Shown here piece after piece: positions 11,671 to 25,101 of a stretch of 64,000 bases of DNA. Each line of letters opens with the position of its first letter. Positions within the stretch are counted from its first letter, which is position 1. This stretch comes from Sphagnum compactum. Lineage: Eukaryota. The stretch is taken from the NCBI GenBank assembly GCA_965153455.1, contig OZ234493.1:20698213-20762212 (forward strand), read 5' to 3'. The translations under genes and the position numbers were made by a program. A model generated the notes under the pieces. That model ran no database searches, was not told the origin of the DNA, and saw only the letters and a program-made list of their open reading frames with translations.

Positions 11671-14600
11671 CAAACCCAATGTTGCATTTAACTTGTTATG
11701 CATGAAGTTATGTTTAGAAAAAGAATGAAGTTTAAAAATATAAAGTTGCAAGAAATCAAGGATTAATTGGGTTTGAAAGATCTGAAGGTATGTATTTTAT
11801 GATTAGTGAGAGATTGCATCTAGTAATCAGAAAGTAAAAAAAGGTTTTGGGTCATCAATAATCATATTACAAGGAGTTACTAATTTAGTTGGGTTTGACA
11901 GATGCAAGGTTAGATTTATGTTTAATGAAAGATTGCATCAGTGATTAGAGAGCATAAAGGGATTTGGTCATCAGATTGACATTTAAATTGTCAAATTAAA
12001 GTTATGTTTAGAGAGAGGATGAAGTTTAGAAAGAAAGTTGTAGGACTTAGGGGTTGAGTTGTGGTTAGTAGATCATTGAGATGATATTTTAATTTGGAAA
12101 ACTAAAAATTAGGATAAGATTATGAAAGCTTTGATTTTTTATCCACCATAAGTTTTTGTATGTTGAGAAGTAAAACAATCATATTGTATTTTTTTTTGCC
12201 ATAATCAATGAACAATGAGTGTAAATTTTGTTAATGTGTGTAATGTGTAATGTTAATGGTTGTGCTTCCATGAGACATGCTTACAATGTATGTTTGATAA
12301 CCGGCATAAAGACATAAAATCTGTTTGGTTCTCAATAGGTTTTTGCAAAACCAGGCCCTTGTCCATATTAAACGACTTTTTTGCCCCAAATAAATAAATA
12401 TGGATACCCTTATTGATTCAATACCTTAACAAATTAATATTAGGCGGGTTAATTATTTTTTTAATCCTAATATTTGATACCATGTGTGTAAGCAAAAATT
12501 CCAAAATTTTTAATATTCAACCCAATGGATATTGAAAAAAAATCAATATCCGGCCAACACTGGTTAAAACCCCTTGCTTTGTTTGAATTTAAAATTTAAA
12601 ATTACAAAAGAAAAATGGCATTCGGAAAAGATGACCCATGGTGAAAAAGTTGAATATACTCACTTGGAGTGTTTGGGTAGTGGAATTATGTTGTTGAAAA
12701 CCCAACATGTGAGAAATGTTGTGTCAAATTGTGCATACTTCAACAATTGGTAAGTCAAGATGTAGTTATCAACAGCTTACCAAATTATACAACATCACAT
12801 GTACAAGATTATATTTTTCAAATAAAACCATCATTTTATTTTTGAAAAAACCTTACCTAGTATATTCAACTTTAATTTTGATGGATTCAAACATTACCAA
12901 AGTTTGACCCTATAACACAAAAACAACAAAAGTATCATAAATGTTGAAAAAAAATGTTTATTTAATATTTTTCCTTTAATATATGTAAATAAATACCTCA
13001 CAAAACATAAATCACAAACCTTCAACCTCCAAAATAAAATTAAATTAAAAAAATTTGACTTTTAAAAATAAGAACAAGAACTTTCAACCTTCCAAGAATA
13101 AGAACCTTCAACCTTTGAAAACAAAAACTTTTAACCTTTAAAAATAAAAACAATAACTTTCAACCTTCAAAAACAAGAATAAAAATTTTCAACCTCCAAA
13201 GTTTTTTAAATACAAAAACTTGTAACAACTTTTTAGTTTTAGTTTTAAATTGAAAAATAAATAAAATCTTTGTTATCAAGCACATGATATGATAATTCCA
13301 TCACCAAAAGATTTTTAAATGCACAAAGTGTTTAATGATTTTTTATTTTAAAAAATTCATTTTGAGTTTCTTAATAATAGACATAGGTGCATGAAGGTCC
13401 TTAATGCAAAGAAGGAGATCTATTGATTTATTACCATGTATCATTTTGTTGAAGGGTTTAGCGTTCACATACATGTGGCATGATTATATATGTTAAAGTT
13501 ATATATTAATTGCAAAATAGTCATTGATTAGGTGTTACATGTACTTTAGTTGTAATATAATTATCACATGTTACTAAAATACAATTTGACAACAAAATCA
13601 AACATGGTTTCATACAATCGTATTCACAATGTGTATATTCTATTGTATAAATGTCCATTTTACAACTAATTTGCAACTATAATACAATTCTTTGATTTTT
13701 TAACATCATTTCTTATTCATTAATTTTTTGTATTTTCATGAAATAATTATATCATAATTATACGTTAATTGTTTTGAAACTTTAGTTGTAAGGAAGTCTA
13801 ATTGCTATGTACATGATTTCTCATAGTGTTCAAAAATCTTGACAATTTCAAATCTTTTTTCCTTCAAATGTGATGACTTTTTTGAAAATTTTCCTAAAAA
13901 AAATTCCTTTGACCATGTTGTTTGGGACTTTTATTAATAGCAAAATGACAAATTGTCGCCCAAACAAAAATCCCTTGGATGACCACATCCTCCAAAGAGA
14001 AAAGAGAAAAAAAAAAAACCCCATACCTAAAAAAAATTTAAAAATTAAAAAATAAACGAAAAAATAAAGAAAAATGCAAAAGGAAAAAAGGAAAAAAAAA
14101 GGAAAAAGGATGAAAACAAATCCTCCTTGGAAGCAAAAAACAGAGATGAAAAAAATAAACAGAAAAGAACAAAAAGAACAAAAAGTAACTTAAATAAATT
14201 ATTGTTGAAACTTTTCAAGTTATAAAGACGGTCTTGCATGCACAGTCCATGTGCGCCCTGGTCCTTCACGCTCCCTCTCTGTTGTCTGTGCTACGACGAA
14301 CTGAAGGGAGCCTTCGGGAGCTCCTTGAACTCGGAACCTCCTCCCCTCTGGTATCGGTGCTCTCATCATAAGATCTTATGACATTTGGTTTATATTTTGG
14401 ACTGGTGTGGTTTCTGTGTGGGAGTACTTGGACTAGAATGCGATCTCTGTGGTGCTCGCAATCTTTGGTGTGGTACTCCTACTAGATAGTAGTTGTAGTA
14501 GTACTACGACTACTACTACTACTACCACCACCACCTGCAAGTCCTTTCTGCTGGGCTTTCATCATTTGGAACTTCAGCTGTGAGTGCTTGGCAATTCAGA

Positions 14601-15594
14601 ACCCCCCCCTTTTTTTTTTGGCTTGCATTTGTTTTTTCCCATTGTAAATTCACACTGTCTGCAATGGGAAAGCCATTCCAAGATTTGAATTTGATCTGCA
14701 AAAGATAGTTTGTCTTGGAGTTGTTTCGTCCCCCCTCTTTGCCTTGCTCCTCATCTCAAACGCATCTCAAACGCATCTCAAACCCTAATCACAACAGAGC
14801 CTCTTTTTTGATGTGCCCATCATGGAGGTGTTGTGTACCAGTTTGTATGGTTGTCATCCAGCAAATCTCATGTGATTAGATTTCAAGGACTGAAATGTCC
14901 TACTGCCCTGGTCCAAGAAAGGATTGAAACTATATGGCAAATTGGGAAATTTGTGTCTTGCCATTTGTGTATTGTTTTTCATCTTTCTGGCTAGCAAAGG
15001 TTCAGAGAAGGCAATGATAGAAAACTACTGGTATGAATTGTAGTGTTAGTGTGAGAGAATACTACACAATGGCAATGCATGTCAGACAAAGAGAGAGCCA
15101 GATGCTACACTAGAAAGTTGGCATGAACTTGCTCTGCCAAGTCATGAATTTGTGGGATAAACAGTTGATCTAATTATAGCAGAATCACAAATCCATTGAG
15201 TCTCTGTTTTTTCTTATCAGAGTGCTTGTGTGTATGCAAAGTCAAACCTTCAATTGTACATTCTCTTTTCCTGTCAAATCTTTCGCTAGAATTTTTGTTT
15301 TTGCTCTCATTTTCTTATGATTCTGAAAACTGGCAGCTGAAGTTCATCACAACTGGAATTGGATCCCTGGATACATACACGGCCCCCACCATAACTGGTC
15401 TTTTAGTTTACAAGGAGTATTTTAGCTGGCATTTTAAGTTCAGCTGGGGAACTTGAGACATCCTGAGAAGATGTCTTTGACCAAGAGAGTCACTAAGATT
15501 GTCTAATGTGCCTTTTCTATGCTCTGTTGTTTGGAGGATTTGCAGGGTGCAATTCCCAACATTTGGAGCCATTGACACAAAGTGTGAAGCTCTA

Positions 15595-17118
15595 ATGGGG
15601 GATAGCTCTGCTCCCCAAGGTGAGATCAGGAGGGAAACAAATGAACATTTGCATGGACTAGCAGCAAGGAAACATCGAACCAAGTTACAGATCCTTCCTT
15701 TGGTAGCCCTCATCTTCTATGAGGTATCAGGAGGACCGTTTGGAGTGGAGGATGCGGTACAAGCAGGTGGACCTCTGTTAGCCCTTCTGGGGTTCATCAT
15801 CTTTCCTTTCATTTGGAGTATACCAGAGGCACTGGTAACAGCAGAGCTGGCAACAGCTTTTCCTGAAAATGGTGGATATGTCTTGTGGATATCAGCTGCA
15901 TTTGGGCCTTTTTGGGGTTTTCAGGAAGGATGGTGCAAATGGATCAGTGGAGTGACAGACAATGCCTTGTATCCTGTCCTCTTTTTGGATTATTTCAAAC
16001 TTGCTCTTCCAGTTTTTGGACATGGAGTGTTCCGGATCATAGCACTGCTGGTCATCACCCTCTCTCTCACATTTCTTAACTATAGGGGGCTTACCATTGT
16101 GGGAACCACAGCAGTGGTGCTCACAATCTTCTCACTCCTCCCCTTTTGTGTGTTATCAATTCTTGCCATCCCCAAGATAAGGGTCCGGAGATGGCTGGTG
16201 GTTGATTTTAGAACGACAGACTGGCGAACATACCTGAATACACTGTTTTGGAATCTCAATTATTGGGATTCAGTGAGCACTTTGGCAGGGGAAGTGGACA
16301 ACCCTAACAAAACCTTTCCAAAGGCGTTGCTATGGGCTGTCTTGCTGGTGATAGTAGCATATGTAGTGCCATTGGCAGCAGGCACAGGTGCATTGCCGCT
16401 TGATAGGGATAAATGGGACGATGGGTACTTTGCAGATGTTGGCATGGCTGTTGGAGGAATAGTGTTGAAGTGGTGGATTGAGTCAGCAGCTGCATTTTCT
16501 AACATGGGGTTATTTGAAGCTGAGATGAGCAGTGATTCATTCCAGCTCCTGGGCATGGCTGAGACAGGAATGCTCCCTAAGATATTTGCTATCCGATCCA
16601 AGTATGGGACACCCACACTGGGAATTTTGTTTTCTGCATCGGGAGTTCTTCTGTTGTCCTGGATGAGCTTCCAAGAGATTGTGGACTTCCTTAATTTTCT
16701 CTACTGCTGTGGCATGCTTCTTGAGTTTGCAGCCTTTATTTGGTTGCGAATGAAAAAGCCTGAACTGGTGCGGCCTTTCCGGATTCCAGTTGGCACAATA
16801 GGTGTAATCCTCTTGCTGCTACCAGCAACAGTGTTGCTGATTGTGGTCATGTGTATAGCATCCTGGAAGACAGTCGTCATCAGTATTGCAGTCTCAGTTT
16901 TAGGTTTCATCGCATATCCAGCACTGCAGCATGTGAAGGCCAAGAAATGGATGCAGTTTTTGGATGTAGATGAACCTAAAGTGCCTGAAGATGATGATGT
17001 GGATCCTGCTCTATCTCTGGATCCTGTTATATCTCCGGATCCTGTTATATCTCCGGATCTTGCTATATCTCTGCATCCTGAAGTGAGTGAGACAGAGATA
17101 ATTTCTTTGACTGAATAG
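15595..17118 (+). CDS. LAT/PUT-family polyamine / amino-acid permease (RMV1-like), single coding exon, 507 aa
   Basis: Family motifs [55 protein letters not shown] and [16 protein letters not shown]; multiple TM segments. First ATG at 15595 follows a 5'-UTR intron acceptor (tgcag, 15545). Confidence 0.95.
   Translation: MGDSSAPQGEIRRETNEHLHGLAARKHRTKLQILPLVALIFYEVSGGPFGVEDAVQAGGPLLALLGFIIFPFIWSIPEALVTAELATAFPENGGYVLWISAAFGPFWGFQEGWCKWISGVTDNALYPVLFLDYFKLALPVFGHGVFRIIALLVITLSLTFLNYRGLTIVGTTAVVLTIFSLLPFCVLSILAIPKIRVRRWLVVDFRTTDWRTYLNTLFWNLNYWDSVSTLAGEVDNPNKTFPKALLWAVLLVIVAYVVPLAAGTGALPLDRDKWDDGYFADVGMAVGGIVLKWWIESAAAFSNMGLFEAEMSSDSFQLLGMAETGMLPKIFAIRSKYGTPTLGILFSASGVLLLSWMSFQEIVDFLNFLYCCGMLLEFAAFIWLRMKKPELVRPFRIPVGTIGVILLLLPATVLLIVVMCIASWKTVVISIAVSVLGFIAYPALQHVKAKKWMQFLDVDEPKVPEDDDVDPALSLDPVISPDPVISPDLAISLHPEVSETEIISLTE
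17002..17079 (+). repeat. Coding 18-bp tandem repeat (4+ copies) in the transporter C-terminal tail
   Basis: GATCCTGCTCTATCTCTG / GATCCTGTTATATCTCCG x2 / GATCTTGCTATATCTCTG encodes [24 protein letters not shown]. Confidence 0.9.
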
Positions 17119-17396
17119 TAATAACTCAAACACAAAACTCTTCAGTCAGCTGTTGCCTCATCTCTCAAAGGTATCAAAGAGGATCTAACAATCTCCTTTG
17201 CATGACAGAAACTGAACAAAGGTTCTGTATCTTCCATGGTCTAGGGCTCAATTGAGGACCATGTCTATCAGAGACATGTTGACTCCTTAAGCACTCCTGT
17301 AGCTATATTGCAGGCAGAATTTGTCTCTAGGGTAAAGTAGAGAATCTGAGCATATTGCGTTGTTAGCAACCTTCCTGATACGCTGAGATTGTAGCT

Positions 17397-17714
17397 ATGT
17401 CTCTTTGAGTGCTAGCCAACATCATGACTGAGTCTTCCCGTTGCTTCCAGAAATGTGACAGAACTCAGGATGCAGATGCTTGTATAATGATTTGCCTGAA
17501 ATTTTGTGGTGATCATTATTTACTTCTCTACACCCAACAATGGGAGCGGATGAAGTTAGTGGGTAGTCATGGCAACTTGTCACTGCCATTTGTGATCAAG
17601 GCAATGCTCTAAAACCATGAGGAGCAACTCCAATAACGTTATGCCTGCACTCATTGTCATGGTACCTTTCAAACTGTTGTTGTCAGAGATTGCACTACAG
17701 TCTTATAGATATGT
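17397..17714. repeat. Short interspersed repeat, copy 1 (3' of the transporter), flanked by a 15-bp direct repeat
   Basis: Similar to 49755-50066 (GAGTGCTAGCCA..., TTGCTTCCAGAAATGTGA, TAGATATGT end). GCTGAGATTGTAGCT at 17382-17396 and 17715-17729. Confidence 0.65.
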
Positions 17715-20518
17715 GCTGAGATTGTAGCTCTCCTGTGATGTTGAGGCTTGATTACATTCCTTTGCAAAGACTACAGCTTTTGCAAGAAATGGATCTGTCT
17801 GGAGAGCTGATATAGTGTCATCACCTTGCCCTCAGGGACATGGCACCTGAGGTATGCTTTTGGTGCCTTCTAAGCCTCTCCTATCTCCTCCTGTTCCAGC
17901 TGCACTGTTAACTCCATAAAGAGGCTCCAAATAGACTCAAATGGATGCATGATTTCATTGGTCAAGTATAGGACTAGAGAATTATTTCATGTATTTAATG
18001 AAGACATTTTATTTGACTCACAGAGACTTATTTTTCAATATGTTTGTGCAAATGGAAGTATATTTGTTCAGACATTGTGTTACTGCACAAAGTTGCATGC
18101 AATCTACTCTAAAAGCTTCAATTGAATATCTTTAGTTGAGCTTGAATGCTGATGTAGCCAAGAAACATGCTGCAAACAAGAAAATCCAAGAGTAGAAGTG
18201 GAGCAAAGAATCCTTAATGGAACTATGATTTCCCTCAAAAGATGATCACATATACTCCATCCAGACATCCACTAAAGTCTGCAAGTGTCATGTTTGCAGA
18301 GGACAGCAGCAATCTGTCAGAACTTCAGGGAATAAACCCTTCAGGAAAACCAACTTTAGATGCTAAGTTTGTTGGTTGTTAAACTTTGCATTCTTGATGC
18401 GTTCTAACCAAAAAGAGGGGAGCCTTATCTCTTGCAGATAGCTTCTATATTATGAACAGTCTGAAGGCAACAAACCACTGCAATCATCTCAATTCCTCCA
18501 TACACAACCATGTCCAGAACAGTTACCACCATCACACTACCTGCTCATTATGTTAGTGTCAAACAACGGAAGAAACCAGAAAATGACAACCAGAGTATGA
18601 AGCTCCCAGAATGTTCACTCTTGCTCATTGATCAAACCTTTCAACAAACAAATCAACCACACATTCTTCATTCCTCATGGTTTAGAGAAAGAGAACAAAA
18701 CCAGTACACACATCAGAAGTTCAAGAAAGTCATGTATGTAGACTAGTGCTCGGCTGCAACAATGTGTCTCTCTATATCTCTGAAGATTTCACTCACCCAC
18801 TAACCCAGTGGCTCCTCTCTGTACCACATCAAAAAGCTCTATTAGCAGAACTCTTACAGAACTCTTTCTCAATCATCCAGCTACTCTGTTACCTCAAAAT
18901 CATCAAAGAAATAAAGACACTTTATAGGTCGTAAGTCCTGAGTGCCTAAACTTCCCTGAGCTCCTCACACGACTTCAGATATAAATACTGGAGTACTTTA
19001 CAAGATCAAGCAATTCATTTGAAAATCCATCTTGAGAGATTGATCTTTAAAATAAACAACAAAAGTATAAGACTATGGAAGCATAGTACCTCATAAGTTC
19101 AAGCCACTACTCCCGGTTACATCAAGTTGCAACAATTATCGAGCCTGCTCCTGTAGATCATCCAAGTTCTCATTCCTTCCTTTTTAGCATTCAGATTGAA
19201 ATCCAAATCCAGTCAGAGCAATCTTGTCTGCATGCTACCACATAGATCTTCTGAATCATCATGGCATCACAGTGACATATTCAATACCCATACACAGTAA
19301 GAATTCTGTGAAAATAGGTCATGTACTTAATTAGACCACTAAACACACACAAGTAACAGACTACCAAAGTGAATCATGTGGTTTCCCAAGAATGCATTCT
19401 AATTTACCTACCCATTCATATATATCCTCCTCACGGTGAGCACAACAGCCTAGCACTTGTAATATTTGTTGCACATTGCAAACCAATACATAGCAGGCAA
19501 TGTGAGCAAAGCTAAAACAAAAGCATTTTGAACACATTGCAAGTACTGCTCCAAATGAGATACTTGACATGAACACATTACACTGAAAGATCCAAGCATC
19601 AGATTACAAAATCAAATTGAAGGTTAAAACTGTGTCACAAAGAAGTTTCCAAAGACAAAGTTGTTCAGGCACTTGTTCATATCTTGCCTAACTAATCAAG
19701 TTCATCTTTTCATGCACAGACGAGTTCCACAATTGACAGGTGCATAACACAGTAATTCCAGTTCTCAGATCAGCTTAAATCTATTAAACTGGAGCTCCAA
19801 CATATGTAAGACATCTGGAGCCAGTGCCCTGCAGTTTTAAGAGGGAATTTGAAGTACCATCCCATTACAGGTTAGCTCTAATGACAACCAGGTCACTTAA
19901 CAGGATATCCATGTTTTCTGTTGTCTGTTGTTTGAACTTGAGGAACTAACTTCTCTTCGGCAAGTCAACACACATAATCACTTTCAGGTTGACCTTGCTT
20001 TGTGCTTAATCATTCCATCGGGCTTGTCACGCCCTCCTGCACCTTTGCAGGCCCCCCTCCATATGGTCAGGCTGCTGAACTCCACAACACTAATTTCTCC
20101 ATAGAATGTGTAGTTCAGGAGTAAAAGATATCAAAACGAAGATTCATCACCAGCAACAAACTGGACTGCTTACACACAGGTAGAGAGTTGAGCAAACACT
20201 GTGAAGAGATGTAAGAAGATCCTGTGTACATACAAGACTAGTTCTAAAAGCACAAAAGACATTACTCCTAGACACTCCCATATCAGGTGTCTAATGAGTC
20301 TCCAGTATATAAACTGTATCTAGCTACCAGCTGCAGCAGTCCTACTTTCAGCTTTGGCAGATCCTATGGGTATATTGCTATACAGATAGTTGGAACCCAG
20401 AGATGGATGTTGCTGCAGATTGCTTCACTGATATTGTTTCCCTACCATCCATAAGCTAATCTAAACAGATGTAGATGAAAAAGCATTTGAAGCTCATATG
20501 CGAAGCGGCATAAACACA

Positions 20519-23047
20519 CTACACACGTCTAGCTCGAGGTGGGTTCACAGGCCAACCCCCAGGTGATGGTAGTGCTGCTTGTGTCCTGCTTCCTGAGCCT
20601 GCAATATCCCTGCCCACTTGTCAACCTTCCACTCATCTTCAATAATCAGACATTCTTCCACAAGTGTGAGCTTCCCCTCTAACTAGAAAAGACTTTCCTG
20701 AATCATACATTCAGATCAGGTCTATGACAAGGATCTATATAACTTAAAACCACTAAAGATGTGCTGACAAAACAGCCACTCATGTGCAAAGGAGTACAGA
20801 GGATAGCACTGGAAAGGAAAATGATACAAATGTATCTCAGTTCCCTTTCTGCCTAATTTCTGGACAAGCCCTCTAAAACTCACCTCTCAAAGTAGGAGAC
20901 ATGGCTGGCTGGCTGCTTCCAATCCCAAGTGGACCTATCTTATTCCAGCGTGGCAGCATCTTCTCTTGCTCTTCCCATGTCCTCTCAAAATCAGGTATTT
21001 CATCTGCAAATCCATCCCACAAACATACACAGCTGTTCATACTAACAGTTTACCCTGTGCAAACAAATCCTGACTTCAAATGAGGTAAAATCTACGACAT
21101 AGAAGGACTAAAATCCCACAATGTCCAATATGGTCCTCTTTATAGTTGTTATCCCCTGATAGACAGTGAAGTCATGCAGATTGTACATACCTTCATTCAG
21201 ATTATGCAATGTATCCAGGGTCTGTTCCCGGCCCTCTGATGTACGCTTTCGAGTTACTGACAAACCCTGTTCTAATACCAAGTTAGCATCTTCAATTTAA
21301 CACAGAAATTTGGAACCCAGGTGTATCCACTTAAAAAAACACAATCATCCACAGAATTTGGTGAACAACTACTCTGAAGACAAATCATGCTTGCTTGCTG
21401 ATGACATAGTTTGAACATGTACCTTCTCTCCAACACCACGTGAGTGGCGCTTGGTCTCCTTGCCAGTTCTTGAGTCCTTCTCCTGAAACTCTTCTTCAAC
21501 CACCTGACCACTCACAATATCCCCATGACACAAATCAAATCATCAAACTTAAGTGGTCGAAACCTCACAAGAGAAAATAAAGCACAAAACCATTATGTCA
21601 GAACCAAAACTAAGCATTTGAAGTGACCTAACAGAATACTCTGTTGAATGAATACTAGGGAGGAGGATGAGGATGTGATATACCCCATTAGGACCCATGC
21701 GTCTGCTGGCTGATGATGAATACTGGACGCCATTAGGTCCACCATATGAAACTGAAGAGCTTTGAAAGCTGTAACTGTGTGTACGATTACTATTCCTTGG
21801 AGTTGTTAATGGACCCTGTCGCTCTACAATTCTCGATTGTCGTGGCAGCTCAGTCACTGACATGCAAGCACAATCTCAGTGGATAATTTCAATCAACCAT
21901 TACTTGGAGAGAAGATCCACAAGAGGCACATAGTCAGGCACAGCCTGTGATCATTTCTCTTAACATAGAGCAATGGCCAGATAAAAAATACAAAACAAAA
22001 AATCTCTGCAAGTAAAGAAAGAAAAGCCAGCAAAACATTGGAGAACCATGTACCTTGCCTGACATCATCATCTGGATGCTCAATGATAGGTTCTTGGTTT
22101 GATTGTGGCCGTGCGTGCTCATGTGGATGTTCCACATCATCAGGGAGCTCTTCAATGATTGGCCCTCTCCTGTGCTCATCCTGCCAGACAAAAAACTAAA
22201 TCACAATGTATCAGATGCTTAATTCCACAGTGTATGCAAAATTCGCATGTCTTGACATGACAAACCTGATACCATGTATTCAAGTGTAGATAAAGCAGCA
22301 GCCCTTCTAACTTTAGAAATCAAGTTATACTTTCGTCCCATGTTGGTTCTGGTACAGCCAGAGAGACTAAGACCCAGTTGCGGGAATCACAAAGAACCCT
22401 CACAGAATCATAAAGACATCCAACAGGTAGCAACATAGATATCCAACAGGTAACACCATGCAAAGACATTGTTTCCAACTTTCTTAAACCTCTGAAAGCC
22501 AATTTCAGAACACAAGAACTCGCAAGCAGAAGAAACCAAGCAACGGCCACCACCGCATACAAACCTCTGAGATACAAAAATAGACAACAAGTTCAGGACA
22601 CATGTTTGCAAATTTCACAACAGGAGAAAGTCACCCCTTCTCCTCTACCCTATAATACCCCAATCATCCCATACTATGCCGACCGAGAAACAAAAGAATT
22701 GAGCAAAAGGGATTTCGTACCGCATGCGGGTTGTGAGGTCGGTTGGAGAGGAAAGCACCTTCAACTGGCGGCTGGGGGACACCACCGAAGAAGGGATTTC
22801 CGAAACCACCACCGTGAGAACCGAACAAAGAACCGAAGGAACCACCAAAAGGTCTAGTGAAGAATGGATCGCTGAAGAAAGGATCATTATCAAACACATC
22901 GAACAAACTCCTCCTCCCACCACCACCACCACCACCTCCTTGTGAGCCCGGGGGCCCCATACCACCACCCATCCCGAATCCAAAATTCGCAAACGGATCA
23001 GGAAAGCCTTCAAAAGGCCCTGGCCGATTACCCCCTCGCCCCTGCAT
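20519..23047 (-). CDS. Myeloid leukemia factor (MLF)-like Gly-rich protein, ~339 aa; exons 23047-22721, 22366-22331 (tentative), 22180-22054, 21856-21684, 21503-21423, 21266-21191, 21003-20884, 20598-20519
   Basis: Exons splice in frame with GT-AG. N-terminal DPFANFG...DPFFSDPFFTRPFG, GPIIEELPDD, SYSFQSSSVSYGGPNG, KRHSRGVGEKGLSVTRKR and LHNLNEDEIPDFERTW are typical of plant MLF-family proteins. Confidence 0.85.
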
Positions 23048-24181
23048 ATCCCTCCTGGCTCACCCAACCCCTGCACCTTCTTCTTCTTCTTCTTCTTCTT
23101 CCACACCTCCCCCCGTCAATCCTGTCTGCTCCCTTTATTCCACTACACAAAATACAAGAACAAAGCCACAGAAACTAAGCTAACGGCACCAAACCACAAA
23201 GCCAAAACTGTTCTTGAAACACACAAACACGCAGGCGCACACACAAACCGACAAATTTTTCGCTGAAATTTGATTTTAGGGTTGAAAGCTCCATAACTGC
23301 CTACTCGGAAGGGACTTGTGTGAGAGAGAGAGAGAGAGAGAGGGCAATGGGGCATGCCTCTTGGTAGTGTGAACAAATGAACGATTGCCACCTGTTAGTT
23401 TTGGGGGTGTGCTATCCCCTCTTCTAGAAGTTTCTGGAACTTTGGGGGAGGAAGGGGGACCAGGAATGGGTCTCTTTCAAGTTACTTAATCGCCGTGTTG
23501 CTTTTTTATATAAATTTATATTATTATTATTATTTTAATAAATAATTATTTATTTACTTAACTAATCACCTAGTACCTTTTCAGGTGCCAAAATAATTAT
23601 TTTAATTTTCAAAAAAAGTCACTTTGGCAGTTTTAAAAAAAAACATTAATGAAATTTCGGCAAAATATTATTAATTTATTTAGTCAACATATTTAGGCAA
23701 AACTTCTTTCATAGTTTTTAAATTTTAACATTTCAAATAGATAATCTCTAAAATAATTTTCATTTCCACAAATAATTTAATTTCCACCTAACCTGAAAAG
23801 GTAATTATGTTATTCTTTTTTATTAATTAGATCAGGGTGCCTCCTAAGTTCAAGCTTTTTTTTCTTTTTTTCTTTGATGTTCTTTTTTGGCACCATGAGC
23901 CATTTTGATTGGCCCATCACCCCAGAACAAAACAAAAATAAAAACTTTGCAGGCGTCCCTAAGTAGAAGTTTCTATCTTGAACTCAAAAACCTACCCTTT
24001 GGGGGCACCTATGTAGGTGGGTGAAAAGAGGACAACCGTCGGCAAAGCATGTGGGATGGGATAAAAAGTGTGGTGCTATTGGGAACATCTTGAGGAACAC
24101 ATTGGGAACAGCCCAAAAAAAAAACCAATGTTTACATATTGTAATTGTTGGGTCCCCTATGAAGTTCTTTCTCATGGAATA

Positions 24182-24652
24182 TCATATATATTAATTCAAA
24201 CAGTCCGTCTGTCTATGACGGGGTTTTGAGGGGTGGGGGAGGGAGAGGCCGGTGAAGCAGCGGGTGACAGTGCTTGGTAACGGGGCGGGGGGGGGGGGGG
24301 GGGCCAGCATGGGGGGTGGGGGAGGGAGAGGCCGGTGAAACAGCGAGTGACAGGGCTTGGTAACGGGGCGGGGGGGGCCAGCACGAGCAGTGGGGGAGGG
24401 AGAGGTTGGTGAAGCAACGGGTGACAGGGCTTGGTAACGGGGCGGGGGGGGGCCAACACGGGGCGGGAAGTTAATTATATATAACAGGGGAACGGGGGGG
24501 GGGATCAACGGGTTAAAGAATCGGAGTGGAAAATGCGAAGGACCGGGGGGGGGGGGGGGGGGGGTCGACGGGGTAAAGAACCGGAGTGGGCAATGGGAAG
24601 GACCGGGCGGGGGGGAGCTCGACTGGTGCATTATGCACCGGGTTCACACTAG
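24182..24652 (+). mobile_element. Non-autonomous G-rich Helitron, copy 1
   Basis: Starts A|TCATATATATTAATTC. Ends with hairpin GGTGCATTATGCACC followed by GGGTTCACACTAG|T. No TSD. Confidence 0.85.
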
Positions 24653-24980
24653 TTATATATTAATTCAATAAGTCTGTCTGTGCGTCTGTCTGACACGACA
24701 ATTCTGCTGCAATTCTATGGCAGAACCAGCCTCTACATTTTCTGTGGCAAAACCGGGCAATGCATTTTCTATGACAGGGCTTGGTAACGGGGCGGGGGGG
24801 GGCCAGCACGGGGAACCAAGGGGGGGGATCAACGGGTTAAAGAATCGGAATGGAAAATGCGAAGGACGGGGGGGGGGGGGGGGGGGGGGGGGTCGACGGG
24901 GTAAAGAACCGGAGTGGGCAATGGGAAGGACCGGGCGGGGGGGAGTTCGACGGGTGCATTATGCACCGGGTTCACACTAG
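24653..24980 (+). mobile_element. Non-autonomous G-rich Helitron, copy 2, head-to-tail with copy 1
   Basis: TTATATATTAATTCAA 5' end. The 3' ~210 bp are near-identical to copy 1, including the hairpin and CTAG (24977-24980) followed by T. Confidence 0.82.
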
Positions 24981-25101
24981 TATATAGTAATTCTTCTATG
25001 TCAATAATAATATATAGTAATTAGTAAATTATAATAAATTAAATATATGTAATTTATAAATATATTACTAATTTATACATTTCTCATGGAATATATAGTA
25101 A

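Larger units (their letters stand above)
3170..12562 (+). mobile_element. Old hAT DNA transposon (element A), host of nested insertions
   Basis: Imperfect 20-bp TIRs: TTGTGTTGGTCGAATATTGA at 3170, and reverse complement CAGTGTTGGCCGGATATTGA ending at 12562. 8-bp TSD GTTAAACC (3162-3169) / GTTAAAAC (12563-12570). Internal transposase remnants present. Confidence 0.85.

Noticed and set aside
15499-15594. N-terminal extension of the transporter in the ORF track (TTG start)
   Set aside because: Non-ATG start that spans an intron acceptor; the first ATG is at 15595.
24191-24980. Pro-rich and Gly-rich ORFs (extensin-like)
   Set aside because: Translations of G/C homopolymer runs inside non-coding Helitrons.
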